Positions 39,092-48,988 of a DNA stretch of 64,000 nucleotides are shown in pieces. Both the position numbers and the translations under genes were made by a program. This DNA is from a virus, in the IMG/VR virus record IMGVR_UViG_3300035670_009638, positions 18,502 to 82,501 of that record; one strand, given 5' to 3'. The notes beneath the pieces are model-generated. The model did no database searches and had not been told where the DNA came from. It was given only the letters and a program-made list of their open reading frames with translations. Numbering within the stretch: position 1 is the first letter of the stretch; the number at the start of each line of letters is the position of its first letter.

Positions 39092-40486
39092 TTATATAAC
39101 TTCTCTAATTGCTTTACCAGATTTACCAGTAAAAATAGATATTTTATTTTCTTCAATAGCTCCAGGAACCATAGGAATTAAATTGCCTTCTTCATACAGC
39201 TCCACAAACTTTTCTGCTTTTGAAATAGATTTTGTAAGATACTCAACAAGTTCAAAATCGCTTTCGAACTTATAAGGATCTTTTGTAATGTTGAATAGTT
39301 GGGACATAAGCTTAGGTAGAACAACAGAATTATCATATTCATTCATTAATACATTGAATGCTGTGTCTCGATATAACTGTTGTAACTCTGGATTTTCAGC
39401 AACTCGTTTCATTTCTTGAATCGCATCATGAGGATTATCTTCATCCATATAAATAGCAAAATTCGGAATATCGATATATCTTACTTCATCTACAGTTTTA
39501 CATTCTTCTGCCCATTCTTTGTCTACAACTAAAATAGCTCCCGCACAAATGGCTTCTTGCATTGTATATTCTAATCGATCACCATAGAAGGACTTATCAA
39601 TTCCTGTTTTGAACTTGAAAAGAGTACAAGCGAATAAGCTTTGATTAAATTTGTTCAGGACTTCTTCTCGTTCAATTCTTCCGTATGTTGGAACAATAGG
39701 ATTTTCATTCTTAGGAAGAGTAGGCTGCAATAAATTATCGCAGTTTGGATGACTTAGGATTTGTTGCTTACAACCAATTCCTGTGTCCATTCCATAAATA
39801 ACCGGCTGTATTCCAGCTTCGTAAACTGCCTCTGAAATATCTAAAAGTCGTCTTGGACCCTTATACAATACAAATCTACCAATATAGGTTAGATTGTTTT
39901 CACGTTTAGAATTCTTATAGAAGTGCTGAAATCTTTTTACGTCAGTCCATAAATGCATTGGGAAAGCTCTGTCTCTTTTAGATGGAAGTTTCTTCACTAA
40001 AGAATTCATATAGTAACTTTCCGAAGAATGGTTATAAACCGCATCAGACTCGTTTATATAAGACCAACAGAATGGAGTTTCTTTTATTGCTTTGACAAAA
40101 GATGTATGTTGCATTTGAACTTTAACTGGAGTAATTTTTTTATACATCTTATGAAACTCAAGAACATCTTCTTTTTTAAGGCCACTATGAGGTTTCGCTG
40201 GGTTGATCAGAATTACTAAATCATACTTTTCGTTGATTTCATTAGTAATTTCATCGATATTCTCTCTTGAGAAAATTGTGTGTTCATGGATATATCCATC
40301 TTTATATTCTGGCTTTTTCCTTTTCCATGGAGCATGGTAGTAGTAAGTATGGAATTCTACATCATTTTTTAATCCCCAACGAAACATTTCCTCGACTGAG
40401 GTTGATTCACCATCAATCAGCCGAGGGTAACCACGAAGTATAGCGACTTTTTTACCAGAATAATTGTTCATATTTAATTCCTCCAT
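39092..40486 (-). CDS. DNA alpha-glucosyltransferase-like GT-B glycosyltransferase
   Basis: Motifs QH, DAVYNHS, YIGRFVLYKG, LEYTMQEAICAG and IYMDED...RDTAFN parallel T4 AGT motifs as I recall them (QH, DVIFSHS, WIGR..WKG, LEYTHLE..ACG, WFDEND). Confidence 0.8.
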   Translation of the reverse strand: MEELNMNNYSGKKVAILRGYPRLIDGESTSVEEMFRWGLKNDVEFHTYYYHAPWKRKKPEYKDGYIHEHTIFSRENIDEITNEINEKYDLVILINPAKPHSGLKKEDVLEFHKMYKKITPVKVQMQHTSFVKAIKETPFCWSYINESDAVYNHSSESYYMNSLVKKLPSKRDRAFPMHLWTDVKRFQHFYKNSKRENNLTYIGRFVLYKGPRRLLDISEAVYEAGIQPVIYGMDTGIGCKQQILSHPNCDNLLQPTLPKNENPIVPTYGRIEREEVLNKFNQSLFACTLFKFKTGIDKSFYGDRLEYTMQEAICAGAILVVDKEWAEECKTVDEVRYIDIPNFAIYMDEDNPHDAIQEMKRVAENPELQQLYRDTAFNVLMNEYDNSVVLPKLMSQLFNITKDPYKFESDFELVEYLTKSISKAEKFVELYEEGNLIPMVPGAIEENKISIFTGKSGKAIREVI

Positions 40487-41046
40487 TATTTAGATTCCTC
40501 AGTAATTTTATCTTCAAGTTTTTGAATTAAACGAGCAACTCTTTCTTGAGCCCCTTCATTAATATCTCTCATTTGGGGTGTTTGATTGCCTAAACTAATT
40601 TCACGATTAGAGTATTGAAGGACTGAAACTGTATCAGCTAATTTAGTGACCAAGTAAGGAATTGTCTCTTGCTTTTCTTCTTCAATGAATTTCTTGTATG
40701 AATCCAAGTATTCTGGCATATTTTGTTCCAAAGCAATTACTTCAGCTTGCTCACAAGCTTCTCTTAATGCAGGATTATTTACTTTTGTGTCATATGGAAT
40801 ATCTCCAACCATTAGTTCTGGAATATCATGAACTGTTGCAAATTCTAAAGCTTTATATTTAATTTCATCACTTAAGTTGAACATTTTAACAATTTTTAAG
40901 ACAGTTGTAATTACATAAAACGAATGTTCGGCAACATTTTCATGTTTAATCTTTGGTCTGTTATTGTATCGAATAATCTCACCAAGACCTAAAATTGTAG
41001 TATCACCTAACGTACGAACTTTACCACGATTGAAATATCCTGACAT
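40486..41046 (-). CDS. HD-domain 5'-deoxynucleotidase (YfbR-like)
   Basis: IRY, ENVAEHSF, HDIPE...GDIP...K and KLAD. Confidence 0.85.
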   Translation of the reverse strand: MSGYFNRGKVRTLGDTTILGLGEIIRYNNRPKIKHENVAEHSFYVITTVLKIVKMFNLSDEIKYKALEFATVHDIPELMVGDIPYDTKVNNPALREACEQAEVIALEQNMPEYLDSYKKFIEEEKQETIPYLVTKLADTVSVLQYSNREISLGNQTPQMRDINEGAQERVARLIQKLEDKITEESK

Positions 41047-41101
41047 ATAGCATTCCTCCGATTGATTTAGTAATTGGGTGGAAGGGATTAAACCCTTCCG
41101 T

Positions 41102-41368
41102 TTAAACTAATCCTCTCTTTTCAAAAATTGAACGAAGTTTTGTTTGGCCAACACCACGAACTTTTTCGATTTCATTACCTTCATCATCAACAAGAACAAA
41201 TGTTGGAGATTACATAACTCCGTATTTTACAGCCAATTCATTAGCTCGATCATCGTCATTAAATAGAATAAGAGTTTCATCTGGTTGAGTCTTTAATTCT
41301 TCTTTTATAAATGAATCTGCCATTTTACAAGGTGTGCAGTTATTTTGTTTAAACATTAGTAATTTCAT
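41102..41368 (-). pseudogene. Thioredoxin/NrdH-like gene with in-frame ochre stop
   Basis: MKLLMFKQNNCTPCK...KYGVM*SPTFVLVDDEGNEIEKVRG...; TAA at 41212-41210 (codon 53 of 88); RBS GGAGG. Confidence 0.8.
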
Positions 41369-41422
41369 AGAAGTTCCTCCAATAAAATATTAAATAAAGT
41401 ATTATTTAATTTATTATTGAAA

Positions 41423-41881
41423 TTATTCAATAAGACCTTCATAATAAATTTCTTCACCAAGAATTGCTGCTTCAAGTTCTTCGACTGTTCGACAGGCTGC
41501 AACTCCAGACTCAGCTAACATCAAGTTAAACATGCCATCTTTTCCAAGAGTAAAAGCAACATAAATTACTGGAATTTTTGAAGCAAAAGCATGACCAGCT
41601 TCAAAAATAGTTCCCATATCTTTTCCATCTGTAATAGCAATTAGGAACTCAGCTCCTTCAATTCCTTTAACATTCATTTCGAAAGATTTCTTACGAACTT
41701 CTGGAGAAGAAATAGGACCGATAGCTGACTGTTTTCGTGGTGAAAAATATGTGAATCCATGTTTTTCTAGTAATGTTTCTACTAAAGCAACACGAGTGAT
41801 TTGATCTGGATTAAAGAACGGTGCTGCAATATAAACATGATGTTTCTTTCCTTCTTTTAATGAACGAGTAGTTTGAGTCAT
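41423..41881 (-). CDS. Nucleoside 2-deoxyribosyltransferase / nucleotide N-hydrolase family
   Basis: YIAAPFF, D.GTIFEAG.A and NLML. Confidence 0.85.
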   Translation of the reverse strand: MTQTTRSLKEGKKHHVYIAAPFFNPDQITRVALVETLLEKHGFTYFSPRKQSAIGPISSPEVRKKSFEMNVKGIEGAEFLIAITDGKDMGTIFEAGHAFASKIPVIYVAFTLGKDGMFNLMLAESGVAACRTVEELEAAILGEEIYYEGLIE

Positions 41882-42050
41882 GATTTATTTCCTCCGATTT
41901 CATATTTTTATTTCGTGAGTATTTATATCTCTCACATTGTATTTATATCTGCTACTTGAAAAATGTAAATTAAAAAACAAAAATTAAATTTAATATATTT
42001 TTCAATTCTGTTATAATAGTTATAACTACTATAATCGGGGGAATTGAATA

Positions 42051-42581
42051 ATGGGAGTCTACATTAAAATTGACGATGTCGCCAAAGCTATAGGTTTATC
42101 TCCTTCTACTATTAAAAAATATTACTTGATGGTAGAAGATTATGGTTATAGGTTTGCAAGGAATAACCAAGGACAATTAATCTTCTCAGATCAAGATATA
42201 AATATGTTCAGAAAAATAATTCAACTCAAGAATGAGCCTAATATGAGTGTACAAAAAGCAGTAGAAAAAGTTGTATCAAGCATAACTTCTATAACTGTCT
42301 ACAACGAAAGCTCCAACAGTTCAAACAGTTATAACATTGATTTGTTGTCAGATGATATAAACGAAATTAAAGAGTTTATAAAAGTTCAAGCTGAAGTGAA
42401 TAAATCTCTTTTAACTGAGTTACAAGATACAAAGAAATATATAGCAAACAGGCTAGAAGAAAGAGATCAGACTCTTATGCTTGCTTTAAAAGAAACAATG
42501 GAGACTAAAAAGCTGATCTCTGACAGGCAGAATAAAAAGTGGTGGCAGATATTCAAGAAAAGTCATAACAATCATGACTAA
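42051..42581 (+). CDS. MerR-like HTH, coiled coil and amphipathic C-terminus (TubY/RacA/DUF3967-like)
   Basis: DVAKAIGLSPSTIKKY HTH, ERDQTLM coiled coil and KKWWQIFKK tail. Confidence 0.75.
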   Translation: MGVYIKIDDVAKAIGLSPSTIKKYYLMVEDYGYRFARNNQGQLIFSDQDINMFRKIIQLKNEPNMSVQKAVEKVVSSITSITVYNESSNSSNSYNIDLLSDDINEIKEFIKVQAEVNKSLLTELQDTKKYIANRLEERDQTLMLALKETMETKKLISDRQNKKWWQIFKKSHNNHD

Positions 42582-42618
42582 TAGACATGACCGTTATGAC
42601 TGATATAATCGTTATGAC
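42562..42618. repeat. 9-bp-period GTYATRAC-like array
   Basis: GTCATAAC 42562, ATCATGAC 42571, GACATGAC 42584, GTTATGAC 42593, GATATAAT 42602, GTTATGAC 42611. Confidence 0.6.
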
Positions 42619-44372
42619 TAGAAGACTATGTTTTCAACTGTAATTTCTTCTTCAACATCGCCAGACTCATTTCTCTGACAGTCTTCTAATATAATTCTAG
42701 GAGTTTTTCGACCACTCCAGTTGTTTTCTCCTGGTATTCCTACGAAATCCATTGTTATATATTGATCGAAATTATGAGTCAAACTTTCGAATAATCCATG
42801 GGGCGCTGAGAACATTACAAATTCAACCCCATTTTCGAAGAAGGTGAGCATTGAGCCTCGTTGTCTAATGAAATCTTTTCTCACCTTAATTCCAGTAAAG
42901 GCGAAAAGGGGATCATGAACCTTTCCACCAAATAGGTGTTTATTTTCATTTACTTCGATAATAGGTTGCTTATCAACTTTTCCTTTTACATGCAAATCCA
43001 CTTCATATACAAACTTGGGAGGCTCCACTTCATGCGCTTTATTTTTGAAATCTTCAAAATTCTCTTCAAAGATTGATATACCAAAAGCATTAGCATGTCC
43101 TTGTGCAAACTCTACTAATTCTGTTTCTTGGCACCAATCTTTGAGAGAAGGTAAGACTTTTTCATATCCTCGTCCAGAACCAACGTATTTACCGTTTTTA
43201 TCTTCATCATTCTTAATATAATGAACTAGAATAACAGGCTTTTGAAGTTTTCTTGCAAGTTTATTAGCAACTAAACCAGTTATTGAACCTTCATCAGAGT
43301 TAGGAACAATTCCAATTGCAATTCCACCAGTTGAATCAATTGTCTTTTCAATTTCTGCGTTTATTTTCTTTACCAAAGATGCTTGTCTATTTTTTACTCG
43401 TTTACAAGCATCGTGAGCATATTCATAAAGATTTTGATTAACTGTGATTTTATCAAACTTTCCAGTTTTCTTGTTTTTCTTTCTCTTTTCAACCACCCAT
43501 ACTTCATCTGAACCAATTCCATTTAATGCTCTAAAAAGTAATTCTTTCTCTTCCACCGTTCCAACTCGAACAACAGCATTAATTAAAGGAATTATAGAGA
43601 ATGACAAATCTTTGGGGGCAACGCTTTCAATATCATCAAAAGAATCTTCAAGAACTAACTTTATAAATGGATTATTGATATTTCTCAATCCTTTAAAAAC
43701 TAAGTTCCTTACTTCATTTTCACTAATATCTGAGGCATCTCCAACTTGTCCGATTGCTACTAAATCATAAAGATCTTCAGTGTTAGCAGTTTTTAAGAAG
43801 GTGTCCATAGCTTGGCAAAATTTAAAAGCCATACCAGCACCAACTAAGTTTCTATTTGTTTCTTCATTATGGGAAAGTTGGTTGTTTATTAGAATTCCAA
43901 AACGAGGCTCTTTTTCAACTTCGTGATGGTCAACAATTACAATATCAATACCCATATGATAAATTCTTTCAATTCCTAAAGAATCGTTGGATGCCGCATC
44001 TGGAATAATGACTAAATCTATACTAGAATCAGCAATCTGCTCTAGAATTTTTTCTGTTAATCCATGAGCTTTGCTATCATGAAGGAAGTAAGAAATTTTA
44101 CTTTCAGGATTTAACTTTTTAAGATATTGATAGATTATAGTGGCTGAAGAAAAACCATCAGCATCTGGGTCAACCAATATTCCAATATGATTTTCAACCA
44201 CCATATGAGCTAGAGTTATTTCTGCGCCTTCTTTCATGTTGGTCAATTTCATTGCATCCAAATCATCTTTATCGTTAGGATTAAAGAATAAATCAATATC
44301 TTCAATATTCCTATTTCTGAGGATTGTCGAGATTATATCTCCGTCATACTTACCAATTTGTTTAATTTTCAT
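42618..44372 (-). CDS. recJ: RecJ-like DHH ssDNA exonuclease
   Basis: DPDADG, PD, DHH, GSGR and GHANAFG. Confidence 0.9.
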   Translation of the reverse strand: MKIKQIGKYDGDIISTILRNRNIEDIDLFFNPNDKDDLDAMKLTNMKEGAEITLAHMVVENHIGILVDPDADGFSSATIIYQYLKKLNPESKISYFLHDSKAHGLTEKILEQIADSSIDLVIIPDAASNDSLGIERIYHMGIDIVIVDHHEVEKEPRFGILINNQLSHNEETNRNLVGAGMAFKFCQAMDTFLKTANTEDLYDLVAIGQVGDASDISENEVRNLVFKGLRNINNPFIKLVLEDSFDDIESVAPKDLSFSIIPLINAVVRVGTVEEKELLFRALNGIGSDEVWVVEKRKKNKKTGKFDKITVNQNLYEYAHDACKRVKNRQASLVKKINAEIEKTIDSTGGIAIGIVPNSDEGSITGLVANKLARKLQKPVILVHYIKNDEDKNGKYVGSGRGYEKVLPSLKDWCQETELVEFAQGHANAFGISIFEENFEDFKNKAHEVEPPKFVYEVDLHVKGKVDKQPIIEVNENKHLFGGKVHDPLFAFTGIKVRKDFIRQRGSMLTFFENGVEFVMFSAPHGLFESLTHNFDQYITMDFVGIPGENNWSGRKTPRIILEDCQRNESGDVEEEITVENIVF

Positions 44373-44435
44373 TATGTTTCCTCCTCATAAGTTTTCGCTT
44401 CTTTGTATTTATATCTGCTTTAGAGGAAACGTAAA

Positions 44436-45476
44436 TCAAACTACTATTCTTTGTTCGAATAGTTTTGAGAACACTTTTAAGCCTTTATCAGTAGGTGAAT
44501 CCTTTAAATCTAGAAGTCCTTCGGTGTCCCGGATAACTGAAGTTCTGTAATAAGGAGATAACTTGTCGATAAAGACATTCGTTATTTTTTGTGCATAGAA
44601 TTTTTCTTCAGGAGATCCAACTTCTTCAAACTCTTTATCAAGAGCTATAATAACCTCATCAACGTTCAAAGTTTTTAATATATCTAGTTGATGATAAGTC
44701 ATGTTACTTCCACTTAAACAAACACCAATAGACATATCTGGAAGCATTGTGTCTAATTGAAGAACAGATTTTTCAGACTCGAATAATATTACTGTTTTGC
44801 ATTGTTCTATGCTTTCTTTGGTGACATTTAGGCCGTATAATGCTGCCCCTGTGGGGTGTTTTAATACTTCTTTCTTCCAATAAACAGGCATATACTTCTT
44901 TCCATCTTCAACTAATTCTGGATTAAGATTTCTTGCTCGAACTCCAATTAAATTACCATCAATATCATAATGAGGAATAATAATTTGATTATCCGAAATT
45001 GAGAACTTAATACCAAACTTTTTCATTGAAGAAACGCTTATTCCATCGTCAATCCAAGATTGATGGTATAAATTCCAATAAGAATTCAAAATATTTTTGT
45101 TCAATTTCTTTAAATTAATTTTTTCTTTTTGCTTCTTAAATTTCTGAAAGAACGAAGTATCTATTCTATCACTTTCAGCAAATCCACCTTGATAAGAAAT
45201 GCCAAACTTCATACACACATATTTAAAAGAATTATAGAAATCTAAGTCCATAACTCTGCCTACTAAGCCATAAATATCCATGGACCCACAGCTATCTGTG
45301 AAGCATCTAAACATTCTTGAGTCTCCAAAGTATATAAGTTTATGTTTATGGCCACTATGGCAAATCGTTTTACAATGTATGTTGTTTCCCATTCTTTGAG
45401 GTTCGGCACCAAGATCATTAAGAAGACTAATGAGATCGTTATCACTTAGTATTTGTTTTACTTCATTAGCATCCAA
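44436..45476 (-). CDS. DNA primase
   Basis: Zn-binding CH...C...C; TOPRIM FESEKS and ALD; KDSPTD. Confidence 0.85.
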   Translation of the reverse strand: MDANEVKQILSDNDLISLLNDLGAEPQRMGNNIHCKTICHSGHKHKLIYFGDSRMFRCFTDSCGSMDIYGLVGRVMDLDFYNSFKYVCMKFGISYQGGFAESDRIDTSFFQKFKKQKEKINLKKLNKNILNSYWNLYHQSWIDDGISVSSMKKFGIKFSISDNQIIIPHYDIDGNLIGVRARNLNPELVEDGKKYMPVYWKKEVLKHPTGAALYGLNVTKESIEQCKTVILFESEKSVLQLDTMLPDMSIGVCLSGSNMTYHQLDILKTLNVDEVIIALDKEFEEVGSPEEKFYAQKITNVFIDKLSPYYRTSVIRDTEGLLDLKDSPTDKGLKVFSKLFEQRIVV

Positions 45477-45554
45477 CCCTAGTCACCTCGTTCAATTTTT
45501 GTTATTATATCTGAAACAATCTAAACGTAAAAAAGCCGGAGGAAATAACTCCGA

Positions 45555-47153
45555 CTAAAAATCGAGATTGTAAGTTTGCTCAACTTCTTGAACAGGTTCC
45601 TCTATATTTTCATCAAAATCGATAACGATCTGATTGATATCAGTAATCAAGTTATAATCAGTGTCTGTAACAAATAAAGGTTCTTCTCTCATCGTTCCAA
45701 GGTCCATATAAGTCCAAATGATACAGTTATTTCTTCCTGAACGGTTTTTGTAAATCCAATGAGAATAATTAGGTTTCTTATGAAATCCTCTTTCTAAAAT
45801 GTGTTTCAAGTTATCATGGTCTTTAGCAGTTACCTTAAATGTCATTAATCCATGGTCAACTTTATCGGCTGTAGCTGAACCACCGCGAAGTGCAGTAGTA
45901 TCTCGATTCTCGGCTTCTTTTGCACTTCTGTTCAATTGAGTTGATGATTCAATGAACACATTATATTTATTAGCTAAAATCTTTAATGCGGCTGAAAATT
46001 GAACAAGAATCTGGTCTTCACGAAGATTTAGACCAAAAGCATTAGCCATTGTTCTTGAAAGTTTTGGAGTCATTTGAATGTAGTCAAATGAAACATATTG
46101 AACATTATGCTCAATAATATGACGTTCGATAATCATTTCAATATCGGCAATTGAAAAGTCATCCACATATACGCAAAAAATCGGAGCTCGTTTTAATATT
46201 TCAATAGCTTTTTCTAATCGTTCTCTTACTTTGATAGAATATCTTCCATCTTTAATAACTTGTTCGTTAATACCTGAAATAAAAGCGAGCATGATAGTCT
46301 GAACTTCTCTTTTTTCTAGCTCAGTAGAGATAAATAGAGAAGGATAAGAAGGACCGTTAGAAACATATCGCCCTTTATCTAAATCGTAAATTGTATCACA
46401 TGAAGCATTACACATATCAGCTAATGCTTGACGAGTTTTACCTGCACCGGTTCCAGCTGATCTCAACATAAATTTAGTCTTTCTCATTCCTCGGAATATA
46501 GCATTATAAAAACCGTTTTTAAATGGATAACCAAACTCTGGTTCTTTATTTAAATCATCAAGCAATGTGTCTAAATCGTCTCCAGCTTTAAAATCTTTTG
46601 ATTCTTGACCAACTTGGAATTCGTCTCTTATATTCATCATTTTCACGGTATAATGTTCAATAATCTCTTGAACAGTCATTTTATCTAGCTTTTTCATACT
46701 TTTATCATGATTTGCTAAATCAAGAGACTTATAATCATAGATATCTGAAACATCAATTCCATTTTCTACATAATGACGAAGCAAAGCGAATTTCTTTAAT
46801 CGTTCATAATTAGACTTAAATGTTTCTGTATTAGCATGTTCAATTGAATCTTGAACATATGACATTCCATTATGCTTTTCCCAAATCTTATAAAGTTTAG
46901 GATATGAAGCCAGATAGTTATCGATATCTACTTCATCGATTTTTGTAGTATCTCCACTTGAAAATGCTAGATTATGAATGGCCGAAAATATGATTTTATG
47001 AAACTCATGAGAGAAATCTTTTTCTGATAGATATATCTCAGGATCCCTGAGCTGCTGAGGATTTTTACAAAGGTTTCCAATAACAGAATAAACTGCTCTT
47101 GGTGGATTTAATGTATTAGCATTAAAATTAGTAGTTGAGTTAGCTTGTGTCAT
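45555..47153 (-). CDS. DnaB-like replicative helicase
   Basis: AGTGAGKT, STEL, FDYI, TQLNR and KNR.G. Confidence 0.9.
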   Translation of the reverse strand: MTQANSTTNFNANTLNPPRAVYSVIGNLCKNPQQLRDPEIYLSEKDFSHEFHKIIFSAIHNLAFSSGDTTKIDEVDIDNYLASYPKLYKIWEKHNGMSYVQDSIEHANTETFKSNYERLKKFALLRHYVENGIDVSDIYDYKSLDLANHDKSMKKLDKMTVQEIIEHYTVKMMNIRDEFQVGQESKDFKAGDDLDTLLDDLNKEPEFGYPFKNGFYNAIFRGMRKTKFMLRSAGTGAGKTRQALADMCNASCDTIYDLDKGRYVSNGPSYPSLFISTELEKREVQTIMLAFISGINEQVIKDGRYSIKVRERLEKAIEILKRAPIFCVYVDDFSIADIEMIIERHIIEHNVQYVSFDYIQMTPKLSRTMANAFGLNLREDQILVQFSAALKILANKYNVFIESSTQLNRSAKEAENRDTTALRGGSATADKVDHGLMTFKVTAKDHDNLKHILERGFHKKPNYSHWIYKNRSGRNNCIIWTYMDLGTMREEPLFVTDTDYNLITDINQIVIDFDENIEEPVQEVEQTYNLDF

Positions 47154-47635
47154 TTCAACAACTCCTCCATGTTGATGAATTTTTTATCTTTATATTTGTT
47201 TTCTAATTTAAAAGGCTTGAGTTTCAATCGAATAATCTTCTCTTCTTGTACTACTGTTTGAGCTCTCTTTCTATTAAACTCTTTATAGTAATCAATCATT
47301 TCATCATGGTAATGGGGAACAAAAGCAATTCCAAACTTGATTTCAGGCTTCACTTTTTTATTAGAAAAACAATAATCAATAGTGAACCTGATGTTCTTAT
47401 ACGAATAGTTATAAGGTTCACTTCTGAAGTTCTTTATTTGCTTCAACATATGACCATTAGGAAATGATATATTGAACCATTTAGATATGGTTTGATTTAG
47501 TTTAATTCTTTCTTGGTCTTCACGTTTTTTATCTTCATAGCAAGAAGGGCAATGATTTTTTCCACTGAAAACTTGCATTTCCTCTTTAGGATATTTCTTG
47601 TTACAAGTTCCATAACATTTAAGCAATCGAGCCAT
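47150..47635 (-). CDS. Zn-finger protein coupled to the helicase (possible loader)
   Basis: CxxxC...CxxC N-terminus; overlaps the helicase start. Confidence 0.6.
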   Translation of the reverse strand: MARLLKCYGTCNKKYPKEEMQVFSGKNHCPSCYEDKKREDQERIKLNQTISKWFNISFPNGHMLKQIKNFRSEPYNYSYKNIRFTIDYCFSNKKVKPEIKFGIAFVPHYHDEMIDYYKEFNRKRAQTVVQEEKIIRLKLKPFKLENKYKDKKFINMEELLK

Positions 47636-47711
47636 CTAAACCACCTCTGTATTTTTTTTTATTATATCTGCACCGAACAAAACGTAAATAAAAATGATGG
47701 GCCAAAACCCA

Positions 47712-47852
47712 TCATTTTTTGTACTTACGTTTATATTTGAATCGATGAATAATAGAGTGAGTTAAATCACGAATCACTTCAAAGAATATTAGAGCTACTA
47801 CTCCAAAAACAATTAGGAAGACTAGAAATTGTAAGATTAATACAAGAAACAT
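47712..47852 (-). CDS. 46-aa membrane peptide (not in ORF track)
   Basis: MFLVLILQFLVFLIVFGVVALIFFEV...KRKYKK; TGATG coupling to the upstream gene. Confidence 0.5.
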   Translation of the reverse strand: MFLVLILQFLVFLIVFGVVALIFFEVIRDLTHSIIHRFKYKRKYKK

Positions 47853-48136
47853 CATTTTTCTTCCACCACAATTATGTCTGTTGCTGATCTATAAATGATT
47901 ACTACCTTTCCATCTTTAATAAATTTGACTTTATGCTCGTCAGCTTGAACATCAAATTTTCCTTCATATCGTTTAATTACTTCACCGTCAATATTGATTA
48001 CTTCCACAACTCTTTCAAGCCCTCCACCATATTCAGAAGTTAGATCTTTCTTAGTCCTTTCCCAAGTCTCTCCACAGCCAGAGAGAATGGTTACAAGAGA
48101 TACGGTTAGTAGTAGGGCAGCGATTTTCTTTTTCAT
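47852..48136 (-). CDS. Lipoprotein
   Basis: MKKK, hydrophobic core and LSGC lipobox. Confidence 0.75.
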   Translation of the reverse strand: MKKKIAALLLTVSLVTILSGCGETWERTKKDLTSEYGGGLERVVEVINIDGEVIKRYEGKFDVQADEHKVKFIKDGKVVIIYRSATDIIVVEEK

Positions 48137-48265
48137 TTAAATCAACCTCCGATTTAATATTTTGTTACATTGTTTTTATATCCGCTCGGAGGAAAACGTA
48201 AAATAAAATAAGAATTTTATAATGTAAAAAGGTAAAAAAAATAGGCCATATTAGGCCTTTTTTAG

Positions 48266-48838
48266 TTATTCTTCATTATTTTCTTCATCTGTCACAATAT
48301 AGTCTTTAAAGTTATTTTCAATAAATTTAATTTCCTCTTCAGGTGTCATTAATCCATAAGCCTTGCCAATTGTTCCACCTTGCCAATTCCAAATATAGTT
48401 ATGGTCGTGGTCTGCTTGCGAGAAGTCACCTTTTTTCCATCGCTCCAAAATCTCAAGTAAATCATCTTTAACATCAAAATCACTGTTAGAAACTACTTCA
48501 TATACTTGATTAATAGTATTTTTAGTCATAGGAATTGTTCCCCATTTATCTTCTGCTCGAATTTTTTGGTGAGTCATTTTATGCATAACGTCCATAACAG
48601 AAGATAAACTTGAATCTGATGATAAGCCAGTATCATATTGAATTCCATCTATAAATCGTGTTTGCTCCTCAGATTCTTCTTCATCAATTGGAACTAAGAC
48701 TCTTTCATCTTGCTCAATCACTTCAGGTTCTTCTACGGCACTTTCAACTTTTGAGCCTTCTAAAAACTTAAATACTCCAAGTGTAATACCTGCAACCAAT
48801 ACCAAAGAAATAGCAATTATAGTCAAAACTTTTTTCAT
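48266..48838 (-). CDS. Membrane-anchored protein (DUF6241-like)
   Basis: N-terminal TM; MHKMTHQK..A..KWG and HN.IW..QGGTIGKA. Confidence 0.65.
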   Translation of the reverse strand: MKKVLTIIAISLVLVAGITLGVFKFLEGSKVESAVEEPEVIEQDERVLVPIDEEESEEQTRFIDGIQYDTGLSSDSSLSSVMDVMHKMTHQKIRAEDKWGTIPMTKNTINQVYEVVSNSDFDVKDDLLEILERWKKGDFSQADHDHNYIWNWQGGTIGKAYGLMTPEEEIKFIENNFKDYIVTDEENNEE

Positions 48839-48988
48839 AATAAATTCCTCCTATAAGAATATTGTCAGTATTTTGGTCATAATATTTAATAGGAATGAGT
48901 TCTACATACAATGTTATCAATCTATATCATATTAAAAGTGGTAGATTGATAGCAAGGGATTCCTGAAAATTATGTCAATTTTTATAGA

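Noticed and set aside
41210-41212. Stop-codon reassignment suggested by the in-frame TAA
   Set aside because: TAA ends many genes in the window and no suppressor tRNA is visible; a point mutation or sequencing error is more likely.
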